DNA of 63,270 nucleotides, counting the filler, from Octopus bimaculoides (taxonomy: Eukaryota), in NCBI RefSeq assembly GCF_001194135.2. It is 6 parts of 5 records of this genome, joined end to end, with 100 filler letters (N's around TTAATTAATTAA, not from the genome) between each part and the next. Parts side by side here need not be neighbours in the genome. Positions count along the whole stretch, not along the records: positions 24,332 to 28,700 come from NC_068991.1; positions 28,801 to 50,036 come from NC_068999.1; 4 more parts are not named here. One strand, given 5' to 3'. Within the stretch, counting starts at the first letter, position 1; every line of letters begins with the position of its first letter. Made by a program: the position numbers and the translations under genes. Of the stretch, positions 26,834 through 38,562 are shown in pieces. The notes below the pieces were generated by a model. That model saw only the letters and a program-made list of their open reading frames with translations. It was not told the origin of the DNA and searched no databases.

Positions 26834-27607
26834 AACACACCCCCATCTCTACCATTCTCTTTCTCTTTCTCTCTCTTGTTTCTTTCTTTTTCGTTCGATT
26901 CTAAAAGAGGCATTAACGCATAATTCGGAAACCATTATCTAATGATTTTTCATTGCTCAATGCATTGTTTTGTTATTCAATTTATTATGTAATAATTTTC
27001 CATACCATTTCACAATGGAATGTTTTTTTCCATACCACATCTCAATATAATAATTTTTTCCCTTTTTTTTTTCCGCCATAGCAATTCCGCAGCGTAATAA
27101 TTAATTTTTTTCAGCCACAATGGTCTTCTCTGGCACAATGGCCCCCGATTTATTTTATATATCCTATTTATATAATATTCATATATTTCTTGTTCTCAAT
27201 GAGTGCATAATGGAGTATAAGTCGATTGATTCAGCTTTGTGAATTAAAACATTGTCACTTGTTCTTCTTTCTACCCTTAGAGATAAGTTAGTGGGCAAAC
27301 AACCCTACGAGGATTTGAAACATGAATCATGGAAAACAACGGCGGCAGTAGCAGCAGCAGTAGTGGTGGTGGTGGTAATGGTAGTGGTTTTAGTAAAGGT
27401 AGTAGTTGTAGTAGCGGTAGTAGTAGTAGTAGTGGCAGCAGCACTTGTAGTGGTAGTGGTGTTAATAGAATGAGTAGTGATTGTCGTGGTGTTAGTTATA
27501 GTAATGGTGTTAGTAGCAGTAATGGTGTTAGTTGTATAAATAGGGGTAGCGGTTATGGTGGTGGTGGTGGTGGTAACAGTTATAGAAGTGGGGCAGCGGC
27601 GGCAAAT

Positions 27608-27647
<40 letters not shown>

Positions 27648-28196
27648 TTGTAGTAGTAGTAGTACAAAGGTAGCGAGCTGGCAAAACCATTAGCGCGTCG
27701 GACAAAATGCTGAGTGGCATCTCTTCGGACACTACATCCTGATCCCTAATGCTGCCGCCAGCGGTTCTCTACCATTTTTCTTCTGGTGGACCCCGCTGTC
27801 AATTCGATGTTCCAAAACTAGTTTTATAGGAAATTCCTATTTCCTTTTTCACACATTGTTTTGTGTAGAATGAACTATGGAAAACGTTGAAGAAAGAGAC
27901 CTGGCTGTCCCTTGCAATCCATACCAATACATTCATCGAAAACAACGGCAATGTTAAGCAGCATTTTAAGCATTTTTGGCGTCCTTTGGGCATTTTGGGA
28001 GTCCATTAGGCATTTTAGGCATCCTTAGATTCTGAGTTCAAATTCTACCTAGGTCGACTTTGCCTTATCCTTTCAGAGCCGATAAAATAGGTACAAATTG
28101 AGCAATGGGGTTGATGTAATCGACTTACACACGTCCCCACAATTACTGGCATTGTGCCAACATTTGAAACCATTATTGTTGCTGTTGTCGTTGTTA

Positions 28197-28269
<73 letters not shown>

Positions 28270-28822
28270 CATGGGGCAGGGAAATTGATTGTTTACAAAA
28301 AGATTAGAGAAATGTGAATTTATAGTGTTGACGTCTTTATTAAGATTGTTAACAGTTTAAATACAAGCTAACGAGGGCGCATTTACGAGGTTGTCTGATC
28401 TAGTAAAATTGCAAATCAAACTGCTTCAAATCACCCACTTCCCGCTTATATAGGGTCTGACACATTGGTATATAATTGCCTGCAAATATAACTGGATGGT
28501 CACGGTTAGAATTCTTTTGATTAAAAGATTGTTCTGTCGGAACTGTTGAAGGGTTAAAAATCAGCGACGAGTTCAACAGAGCAACGACGTTTCCTTTCCT
28601 CCATCTTGTTGATGGATTTATAGCAAACTACAAACAAATTTCAACACTCTTAAAGAAATGAGGTGTATATTTAAAACTGAAATTATATATATATATATAT
28701 NNNNNNNNNNNNNNNNNNNNNNNNNNNNNNNNNNNNNNNNNNNNTTAATTAATTAANNNNNNNNNNNNNNNNNNNNNNNNNNNNNNNNNNNNNNNNNNNN
28801 TATATACATACACACACATACA

Positions 28823-29680
28823 TAAAGTTCCCAGACCAGTTCTGTAGTATGCCAACAGATGGCAGCACATGGTTGTGTGTGCAGTGACAGCTATCAGTGA
28901 TCATCATGAGGCAGAGTGCCAAGTGACATCACTGTGTTTACTTCGCAAGTTGTGAAATTTGTGTTTTTGCGATCATGTGTATGCTGTAGTCTGCGATTTT
29001 TATCATGGAGAGGAATTTGGAACAAAGTGCCTACATGAAATTTTGTCTTAAACTTGGGAAGTCTGCTATGGAAACATTGAGCATGCTGAAGCATGCTTAC
29101 AGTGACAAGGCAATGGGTTGTATACGATGTTTCGAGTGGCATGGATGCTTCAAAAGAGGAAAAATGTCCCTGGAAGACAATGAGCGATCTGGAAGATCTG
29201 CCATGAGCATCATCCCTGGAAATGTGGAGAAACTTCCTTAGCTTGTGCATGAAGATTGTTGGAGGACAATCAATGATGTTTTGAAGGGTTTGAGGGAGGA
29301 CATTCAGAGAAAGTGACCAGATTGGTGGAATATGAAGTTTTGGATTCTTCACAATGACAAGCACCCGCTTACTGAGATCTCCTCACTCATGAATTTCTTG
29401 CCAAAACCAACATGGTATCACTTCTGCACCTGCCCTATTTGCCAGATTTAGCACCAGTGGACTTCCATTTCTCCCCCAAGATGAAAATGCAGCTCAATGG
29501 TTGCCATTTTAACATTGTTGTCAAAATCAAAAGCAAATCGCAGAAGATGCTTGACTCACTTACAGAACACAACTTCCAGGTTGGATCCCAAAAGTGGCAG
29601 GAATGCTGGGACCAGTGTATTGCTGTGCAAGGTGGCTATTTCGAAGGAGATGATGTTAAAACTTGGGTAAATAAGTTACT
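28823..29680 (+). mobile_element. Mariner (DD34D) transposon, internally deleted and decayed
   Basis: ORF 29005 has MKFCLKLGKSAMETLSMLKHAY..WH..FKRG..SLEDNERSGRS. ORF 29412 has HLPYLPDLAPVDFHFSPKMK..WDQCIAVQGGYFEGD. Confidence 0.9.
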
Positions 29681-30261
29681 TTTACTAAACATAACTAATA
29701 TATATACATTAATTTGAGAGAACATTATTATTCCTAAAAATAATAATGTTAGTGGCCGCGAGCTTATATATATATATAGNNNNNNNNNNNNNNNNNNNNN
29801 NNNNNNNNNNNNNNNNNNNNNNNNNNNNNNNNNNNNNNNNNNNNNNNNNNNNNNNNNNNNNNNNNNNNNNNNNNNNNNNNNNNNNNNNNNNNNNNNNNNN
29901 NNNNNNNNNNNNNNNNNNNNNNNNNNNNNNNNNNNNNNNNNNNNNNNNNNNNNNNNNNNNNNNNNNNNNNNNNNNNNNNAGAATGACTTTTTTCTGTCAA
30001 AACACTAAAAATAACTGACCAACAAAACAGAAAAAAAAACCAACCAAGATTCAGCGAAATCAAAAGATAAACCCAAATATTAAGCGAACAAAGATGAACC
30101 ATCCACTTCCATTGTGTACACACATACACATACACAGGCAAATACACACATACATTCACATTCCCTCCTTTTACATACACACACATATATTCACACAGAG
30201 TTGAAACGCTGTTTGATTTATTTTTCAGCATACAATTTGCATCATCCCACTACCACATATG

Positions 30262-30488
30262 ACATCACCCCTTCGTTTCTCATTCATAAACATAAGAGTA
30301 TTATTATAGCAGATTATCTCAGTAACCATGGGAGCTATAAAAAAAATATGACATCACTCCTTTCTTCCTTATTCATCTATCACCTCTTCCTTCCTTATTC
30401 ATCTATCACCCCTTCCTTTCTCATTCATTACACAAGAGTATTATTATAGTAGATTATCTTGGTAACCATAGGTGCTATCAAAAAAATA
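30262..30488 (+). repeat. Local tandem duplication of an ~85-bp segment
   Basis: tcaccccttc(g/c)tttctcattcat..aagagtattattatag(c/t)agattatct..gtaaccat at ~30262 and ~30404. Confidence 0.8.
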
Positions 30489-30612
30489 CAAAGCAAAGCC
30501 TAGCAACACCATCGGATCATTCTACACATCTGTGTAATTTTTCACGCAATTCCACCCAGCCGTTTGACCGTGAATCCCAAGGCAAGAAAGAATCGTCCAT
30601 GTCAAATTTATA

Positions 30613-30672
<60 letters not shown>

Positions 30673-30678
30673 TATACA

Positions 30679-30738
<60 letters not shown>

Positions 30739-31184
30739 TGACAGTTTTGAGAATATTGAAGTTCAGATAAATAGGCAAAATAATTATCATAATTCTATTG
30801 AGTAATAATTAATACATTGGTAATGTAATAAATGATTAATCTAGATCAATTGATTAGATCATTGTTAGAAAAAAACTAGCTGAGTGAACCTAGTATTATA
30901 GTGTTTTTAAAATATGTGGAATCACTGTTTGTAAAGGTTACTTAATCTTAATAATATGTCATAGTCATCTAAAAGTAGATTTTATCTAGAAATACATGCA
31001 CAACCTATATGTGTATAATTGTCTGCAATAGTGATGTAAGATACTTAGTAGAAGGTAATGTAAAAGAGCATGATGAGTTAAATTGAATAAGAAAACCAAT
31101 TAAATTAATGTATACTATGCTTACTGAAAGACGAAAGAGTTACTATTAGTTACCATATTTAAATTATATAATATTGTTAATAAG

Positions 31185-31835
31185 TGGCATTTCATCTGTT
31201 TTTATGTTCTGAGTTCAAATTTTGCTGAGTTCAGCTTTACGTTTCATCTTTTTGTGATTGATAAAATACGTACCAGTTGAGCATTATGGTCAATGTAATC
31301 AATTTACCCCCTCCAAAATCGCTGGTCTTGTACCAAAATTTGAAACAAATATTAAGGCAGTGAACTGGCAGAATTGTTACAACATAAAAAAAAAAAAAAA
31401 ATGCTTTGTAGTATTTCTTTCAACTCATTAAGATCTTAGTTCAAATTCTGTGGAGGTCAGCTTTGCCTTTCATCCTTTCAAGGATGATAAAAGAAGAACC
31501 AGCCAAGTGCTGGAGTCGATGTAACCAACATGCTCCTTCTCTTCAAAATTGCTGGCCTTGTACCTAAATTTAAGTGCACCTGTATATATGTATGTTTAAA
31601 TTACTATAATTATCAGGTAGACAGGGTGGCGAACTCACAGAATTGTTAGTGCCAGGCAAAGAATTTAGTGGCATTTCATCTGACCTTAGGTTCTGAGTTC
31701 AAATTCCGCTGAAGTCCACTTTGCCTTTCATCCCTTCAGGGTTGATAAAATAAGTACCAGTTGAGTACTGGGGGTCAGTCTGATTAACTTACCCCTTCCC
31801 ACGAACTTGCTGGCCCTGTGCCAAAATTTGAAAGC
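31185..31835 (+). mobile_element. Three tandem old Meta-like SINE copies
   Basis: ttctgagttcaaatt..ttgcctttcatcc..agtaccag repeated at ~31205, ~31435 and ~31690. Confidence 0.8.
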
Positions 31836-32606
31836 AATATAGTTCAGGTAGACACTATCCAATACCATCTTTATCATAATTAGTGTTATGCTTTTTTTCT
31901 CATTGGGTAAAAATGAAATATCCAAGTAACGTCATACTTGTATTGAACAATTTAATTTCTTTTATTTAGCAAATCTCTCTTAGTGCTTACTACTTTAAGT
32001 GCTTCAGGCATACATAAATGGCAGTCTTTTCTATCTTTTTCAGAAAGTTTGGCTGAGTAGATACTGCTTCATTTCAACTCATAATCTATATCCTTGGATT
32101 TTAAATCAAATGCATATTCTTTAATCCTTTTAAAACTGGATTTCTTTTGAAATACACTATATTTGTTTCAAATTAATTTTTGGAAAATGAAAAAATTACT
32201 ACAATATTTTGTCATTATTAATCACTTAAAACAAGAAGTTTGTTACATAGAACCAAGAGTGTTCTTTGGTGGGTTGCCATCAAAAGGGTTAAGAGATGTT
32301 GAATGTTTAAGCCTAAGGTTAGAGAATGATTTACAGTATATGCAAAATAATTAGTTGAAAAACTGATATATACACATCTTTTATTTTTTATCTTTTAATT
32401 GTTTCAATCATTAGACTGTGGTCATGCTGGGGCACTGCCTTGAAGAATTTCAGTTGAATGAATCCACCCCTGTACTTATTTTAAGACTGACATTTATTCT
32501 ATAAGACTCTTTTGCCAAACTACTAAGTTATGGGGACATAAACATAGTTGCCAAACAGTGATGAGGATAAACACAAAAGACACACACACACACACACAAA
32601 CACACA

Positions 32607-32651
<45 letters not shown>

Positions 32652-32656
<5 letters not shown>

Positions 32657-33352
32657 TAATATAAACAGCTAGACACAATGTAATATGATAAAGGAAAAGT
32701 TTAATTATCACTAAATGTGACTGAGAATGCCAAACCCCATACATTGCTAGAAATAAGAGTTAAAAACTTGTAACACTGTAAGAAGAGTGCAATATATATA
32801 CACTGACAGGGGAGTTAACTGTCCCATGACTGTCTCTAGAATCACTAGACTAGACTAGTTTCACCTATTTTGTAAGCATCATCAGTAGTGACTACACAAA
32901 CGGTTGATGGTTTGGCCAAAGCCATCTGTCAGTATATATATTTTTGCCATAAAAATTTGACTGATTTAGTGAAATCCTAATGTGTATTCTAAAAATTGAT
33001 ATAATGGGGTGGTGTCAGTGTATATATATTTGCACTCTTCTTACTGTGTCACAAGTTTTTAACTCTTATTTCTAGGAATGTAAGTGCTTCAGCCTCCTCA
33101 GTCACATTTAGTGATGATTAAATTTTTCCTTTATCATATTACATTGCTACTAGCTTTTTATACTAATTTTTAGTATATGCATTCATATTTCACTAAATCA
33201 GCCTAAAATTTTTATGGTAAAAATATGTATACTGGCAGTGTTCACCAAACCATTGACCAATTGAGTAGTCACTACTGATGATACTTACGAAATAGCAAAA
33301 CTAGTCTAGTCTAGTGATTTTAGAGATGGTTAAGGGGCAGTTAACTCCCCTG
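32652..33352. repeat. Interleaved double inverted repeat (A-B-c-A'-c'-B')
   Basis: 32667-32808 is the reverse complement of 33013-33155, and 32807-32975 is the reverse complement of 33187-33352. Confidence 0.85.
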
Positions 33353-33378
33353 TGTGTGTGTGTGTGTGTGTGTGTATA

Positions 33379-33787
33379 CAGGGTGCATAAAGTATTTAAG
33401 GACATACCTTTTTGGGGCATTGGTGCATTTTTTGCTAACTCTGTATAATCTTTGTTTCAGAAAATAATAATGGCAGACCTTCAGCTTACTCAAAAAATGA
33501 AGAGGACATGCTGTTATTATGATTATAAAGGCTGAGCATAGTGATTTAGAAATATCTCAATTTTTTAAAGTTGCCAGATCTTTCATCTACAAAGTTTGTA
33601 AGGAGTTAGAGCCTGAACATGGAAACGTATCACCAGTATCAAAGCATAAAAAACATTCTAAATGCTCTGACATCATCAGAACACTTGAATTTATCCAGCA
33701 AGTTCAACAGTCCATTGATTACAATCCCAGAAAGTCCATGAGGTTAATCGCAAAAGATTTCCTTGTGTCAGAAGCAACAATCAGCAA
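33379..33787 (+). mobile_element. Second 5' fragment of the same Tc1/maT-like transposon
   Basis: TA|CAGGGTGCATAAAGTATTTAAGGACATA TIR. ORF 33519 (ISQFFKVARSFIYKVCKELE...YNPRKSMRLIAKDFLVSEATI) is nearly identical to ORF 43865-44119. Confidence 0.88.
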
Positions 33788-34589
33788 TCAGAAGGTTGGC
33801 CCTGCAACCAGGCTTTTCAAGATACCAAGAACTTTCAGCACTCCCTCGTATAAGATGTATGTGTATGTGTGTATTTTCACATTGACACCATTTCAGCAAT
33901 GGTATGCTTGTTAAGTCTCCTGCAAACAATACATCATGGATCTTGGTGGTCTTGTGTGATGACCACTGGAGTAAAAGGACATAAAATAAAATTAAGATTG
34001 GTGAGAGGGAAAACTTCTTGACTTGAGTGTTACTTCAATAATTTTTGTCCAAACATGCTAGCATCGAAAATGTGGCTGTAAAAATGATAATGATGATGGT
34101 GATAGTGATGATGGTGATGGTAGCAGTGATGAGGATGGTGATGAATATATATATATATATATATGAGTGTATGCTTGAATTCTAAATGTTTGTGTATGTA
34201 TGTTGGTGAGCGCATGTACACACACACACACACACATATGTAGTTTGTATGTATGTATGTATAGTACATACCAGCATTGCTTGTGGGATTTGAACACTGC
34301 ATCTGCTGTAAACCATATTGCTGAAGTGATCACTACCTCCAAGTAACATCACAATTTTGACAATCGAATGAATAAACTTAACCCAAATAGCTAGCATTTT
34401 ATACCGGAGGCCTGCTGATGGGGATCACAGTACATGCAGTATCAAGATTGGATATAAATATGTATGTACACACACACATACAGATCGACAGACAGACACA
34501 TACATGCATGTGTGCATGCACACATACAGACACACACACACACACATGCACATGTGCATGCACACATACATACAGACATACACATATAT

Positions 34590-34965
34590 TCTTATATTGC
34601 CGTGAAACATGGAAAATGGCGACAAGAAGTGGGATGCATTTCACTTGCGATGCCTGAGGAAGATCCTTAAACTTACCTTGAGAATCAGAATTACACATGA
34701 AAAAATTCTTCCACAAAAAGCAAATCTCAGCAAGGGCAAATTCTTGTTGCACTGTGCTGATTCAACCTAGTGTGTCTACCAGTTACATAGCAAGGAGAAA
34801 CTGCTATGATGTAGACACAGTAGAAAGGAAAAAAGGCCATTCCCAAAACTCTTGGCTGCAAGCAATCCTGGAAAACCTAAAATGCCCCAGGACCAGTTGG
34901 AGATGATTGGAGTGAATTACAGCAGATTGACCAAACTAGTAAAAGCCTGTTGCCTTATGTGTCTC
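34590..34965 (+). mobile_element. RTE-type LINE C-terminal fragment, decayed
   Basis: Frameshifted LYCRETW..KKWDAFHLRCLRKILKLTLRIRITHEKIL..RKKGHSQNSW resembles RTE ORF2 C-termini (LYGSETW..DAFH.RCLR.IL...W.D.ITNEE). Confidence 0.75.
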
Positions 34966-35664
34966 AGAAAGATCTAAGTCTAAAAGTAATATATATATAA
35001 ATGCATTACACATGTATATATAATATATGCTAATGAATATTTAAGAAGCTCACTTTGCAACCTTGTGGTTTCAGGTTCAGTCCCACTGTCCAGCATCTCG
35101 GGCAGTTGTCTGCTACTATAACCTTAGGCTGAGCAGTGCCTTGTGAGTGAATGTGGTCAATGGTAAAGATAAAGTTTAAGTTACCTTCTCAAGTCATGCC
35201 AACTCATAACAGACAATTACCTAGTTTTATGGCATATAAATTCCTGGTCTATCACAGAGGTTACTCATTTTTGTCAGATGAGTGAACTGGAGCAACATGA
35301 AATGAAGTGTTTTGCTCAAGAACACAATGCGTTGCCTGGTCCAGGAATCAAAACCACAATCTTATGATCACGAGTCCAACACCCTAACTACTAAGCCATG
35401 CACCTCCACTGTGGTCAATGGAAACAGGCAGATATTTAAGGCACTCAGTGCCTTAAATGAATTTGGTTATCAATAAATTTGGTTATCAATAAATTCAAGT
35501 AGAATTAATATCTAAGATAATTCTTTAGGCATTACAAGTAAATCTAAATTTCACTTGTGTATGTATGATAGACACGCAGACTGATTTTTGATAAGTGATT
35601 GTTGTAATCTACCATGGGAAAGAACACAATAACAGAGTAATGTTAATTGGTGTCTTCTTACAAC

Positions 35665-35975
35665 ATATGAAGGCATGTGACTGAGTGGTTAGGGTATTTG
35701 GCTCATAAATGTAGTCATAAGTTCAGTTCCTGACAACGCATTGTGTTCTTGAGCAAGACACTTTATTTCACATTGCTCCAGTCCATTCAGCTGGCAAAAA
35801 TGAGCAGAACCTGTATTTCAAAGAGCTGGCCTTGTCACATTCAATCTCCTTGATAACTACATTAAGGGTACATGTGTCTGTGGAATATTCAGCCACTTGC
35901 ATGTTAATTTCATGAGCAGGCTATTCTGTTGATCAGATCAACTGGAACCCACATTGTCATAACCAAAGAAGTGCC
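35665..35975 (+). mobile_element. tRNA/CORE-type SINE, second family with a long tail
   Basis: gaaggcatgtgactgagtggttagggtatt head, ttgagcaagacactttatttcac core, tail ending caactggaaccc. Related fragments at 35270-35410(-) and 12110-12368(-). Confidence 0.8.
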
Positions 35976-36046
35976 AGTCTTACAACATGGCCAGATATTC
36001 TGACTCTTGGCTCTTCAGAGAAGACTACTAAATGCTTGGTCTATGT

Positions 36047-38562
36047 CAGGGGTGGCCAAACCGTGGCTTGCAAGTCACATGCAGCTCTTTGACCCTTAAT
36101 ATGCAGCTCGTGGAAATATGTTGGCTGAGCTCCTTTTTTCATTACAGTTCGTATAAAAGGTAAATAAGAAAAATTTCAAGCTTTATAATTATTTACTGGG
36201 TATGAATTGAGACACTATTGAATTAAAACGTAAGTTTAATCAGAATTAAGGAAAAACAAGTTAACTGTGTTAAAATCATCACTAAATAGCCAGCGGACAC
36301 TGTTGACAACGTTCAGTAAGGAAGTTGATACACCGACTGAAGCCAGTTTTGTTATGTCATGGAATATTTCTTGTGCTAAACACCCATATTCTAATGGCGA
36401 ATTTGTTAAAAAGAATATGGCTGAAGTTGTTGCAGTGTCAGATCCAAATAACACAAGACTTCAGCAACTAATAGGACAAACATCAGTTTCATGCCACATT
36501 ACAGAGACACGTATCTCTCAGATCAGTGCAGACAAAATGCAAAATGATTTTAAAAATTCTCTCACATTCAGCTTAACTCTTGACAAATCAAGTCATACAA
36601 GACACCAACAACTGGCAGTATTTATTTGTTATGTTTCCTCTGTGAAAGAAGCGATGTTGGATTTAGTGGCATTTAAAAGTAGCAACTCATGGTGTTGATA
36701 TTACAATGCGCTTGACAGAACCTTAACAAATGCAGATGTTCCACTGAATAAACTTGTTAGTATTGCAACAGTTGGAGCACCTCCATTGGTGAGAAAAAAT
36801 GTAGGATTAATTGCACCTGTGAGAAAGGATCCCAGCTTTCTGTAGTCTCTTTCTGTTCATTGCATTTTACATCGTGAACATCTGGCAGCCAGATACTTCA
36901 AGTATGAAGATGTTATGAAATCTGTCCTTGAAATTGTCAATTTCATACACTTAAATGGGAGGACTCACTGACAGTTCAGAAATTTATTGAAGAACNNNNN
37001 NNNNNAAGATGTTATGAAATCTGTCCTTGAAATTGTCAATTTCATACACTTAAATGGGAGGACTCACTGACAGTTCAGAAATTTATTGAAGAACTGGAGC
37101 TTGAAGATAAACCCAGTGATGTCTCTTTCTATGGCATTGTGAGGTGGCTGTCAACCAGAAATGTCTTGAGTAGGTTTGTTAATCTGTTGGAGCCTATTAT
37201 TACTTTTCTTAAAGAAAAGATCCTATCCTCAATTGGAAAATGATGAATGGATGCAAGATCTGATGTTCCTTACTGATATAATGAATCATCTACAAACTCT
37301 GAACTTGGCACTCCAGGAGAAGAATAAGATTGTTTCTGATCTTACTCAAATAATTTTCAGCTTTCAGAATAAAATAAGAGTTTTTCAAAGAGACATATTG
37401 TCAAGAAACTTCAGTCACTTTCCCAATCTCCGTAGGAGAGTCAATACATTCCCTGATATTGAAATAAAAGACCACAAACTGGAAAAATATAAAAATAAAT
37501 TACAAGGACTTCTTGATAATTTCCCAGCCAGGTTTGATGACTTGTGGAAGCTGAAACCCTGCTTCGCCATTCTTATAAATTCATTTATGGTTGATGAGGT
37601 CAATGATCGATGTCCAATTCTCGAATCACTGGTTATGGAATCATCTGCTGTGGAAATGGAACTAATGGAATTACGGGAGGACTTGGATCTAGAGTTGATC
37701 CATAAATCCTAGTCTACAATTGAGTTCTGGAAACAAGTTCCAGAAATAAAATATCCTAAACTGAGGAAAACTAATGTGTGACTCATCTCAATTTCCAGTA
37801 CAACATACTGCTGTGAATCACTGTACTCTGTAATGAAGTTTGTGAAGTCGAAGCATTGTGCAATCCTTACAAACCAACACCTGATGGAATTAATTCCTAC
37901 AGCCTTGACAACATATCAGCCAGATTTTCAGCAACTCACAGACAAGATGAAGACTCACAAGACCTCTACTAGCAGTAAATAGCAGCTTTAATAGCCTGAT
38001 ATTTGGAGCATTGTCTGTCATAAAAATATTATGATAAGACTGTAATTTTTTAAGGTGGCATCTGATTAAAATATCTCAAATTTTATTGGCTTGCTTTTTT
38101 ACATATATTCCTCTATGTTTTGACCAGATATTTACTAAGACAAATAAATGTCATTAAAAATATAATTGTTTTTCTTGTTTTTGAGTTATTTTTGGCAGTC
38201 TAATTTTATGTTACTGAAATGCAAATTCGCACATTTGTCTTAGAAGTTCCCGCAGTTCATTACCATATTAAAAATGCTCAATATAGTTAAAACAATCATC
38301 AGTCAAGGTTTCGAAAACATTTGGTATATATATATATATGTGTATTTTGTGATAACTGAAACCAATACAAATTAACAATTTAAAAAACTGCATATATGAA
38401 TAAATATTATTGCATACATGCATTTCTTAATATTTATATAGAATTTTATCAACAAAATGTGTATGTAAAAAAAACGTGTAAATTTTGTTCATGTCTTGCG
38501 GCCCTCAAACATCTGAACTTTATTGAATGTGGCTCCTACATTAAGCAAGGTTGGCCACCCCA
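36047..38562 (+). mobile_element. hAT DNA transposon (GTF2IRD2/SPIN/Buster-like), near full length, pseudogenised
   Basis: TIRs caggggtggccaaac ... ggttggccacccc. Left flank gtctatgt fits NNNTANNN. Broken transposase segments KHPYSNGEFVKK, FSLTLDKS, QLAVF, HCILHREHL, VRWLS, WMQDLMFLTDIMNHLQTLNLALQ. Confidence 0.92.

Noticed and set aside
34677-34760. Minus-strand peptide QQEFALAEICFLWKNFFMCNSDSQ with a strong GTAAG donor, loosely like a TPR/TTC39 exon
   Set aside because: The opposite strand is better explained as an RTE LINE C-terminus (DAFHLRCLRKIL), and no in-frame partner exons were found.
36907-37095. 89-bp exact tandem duplication inside the hAT transposase
   Set aside because: The copies flank a 10-N gap, so this is an unmerged contig overlap.
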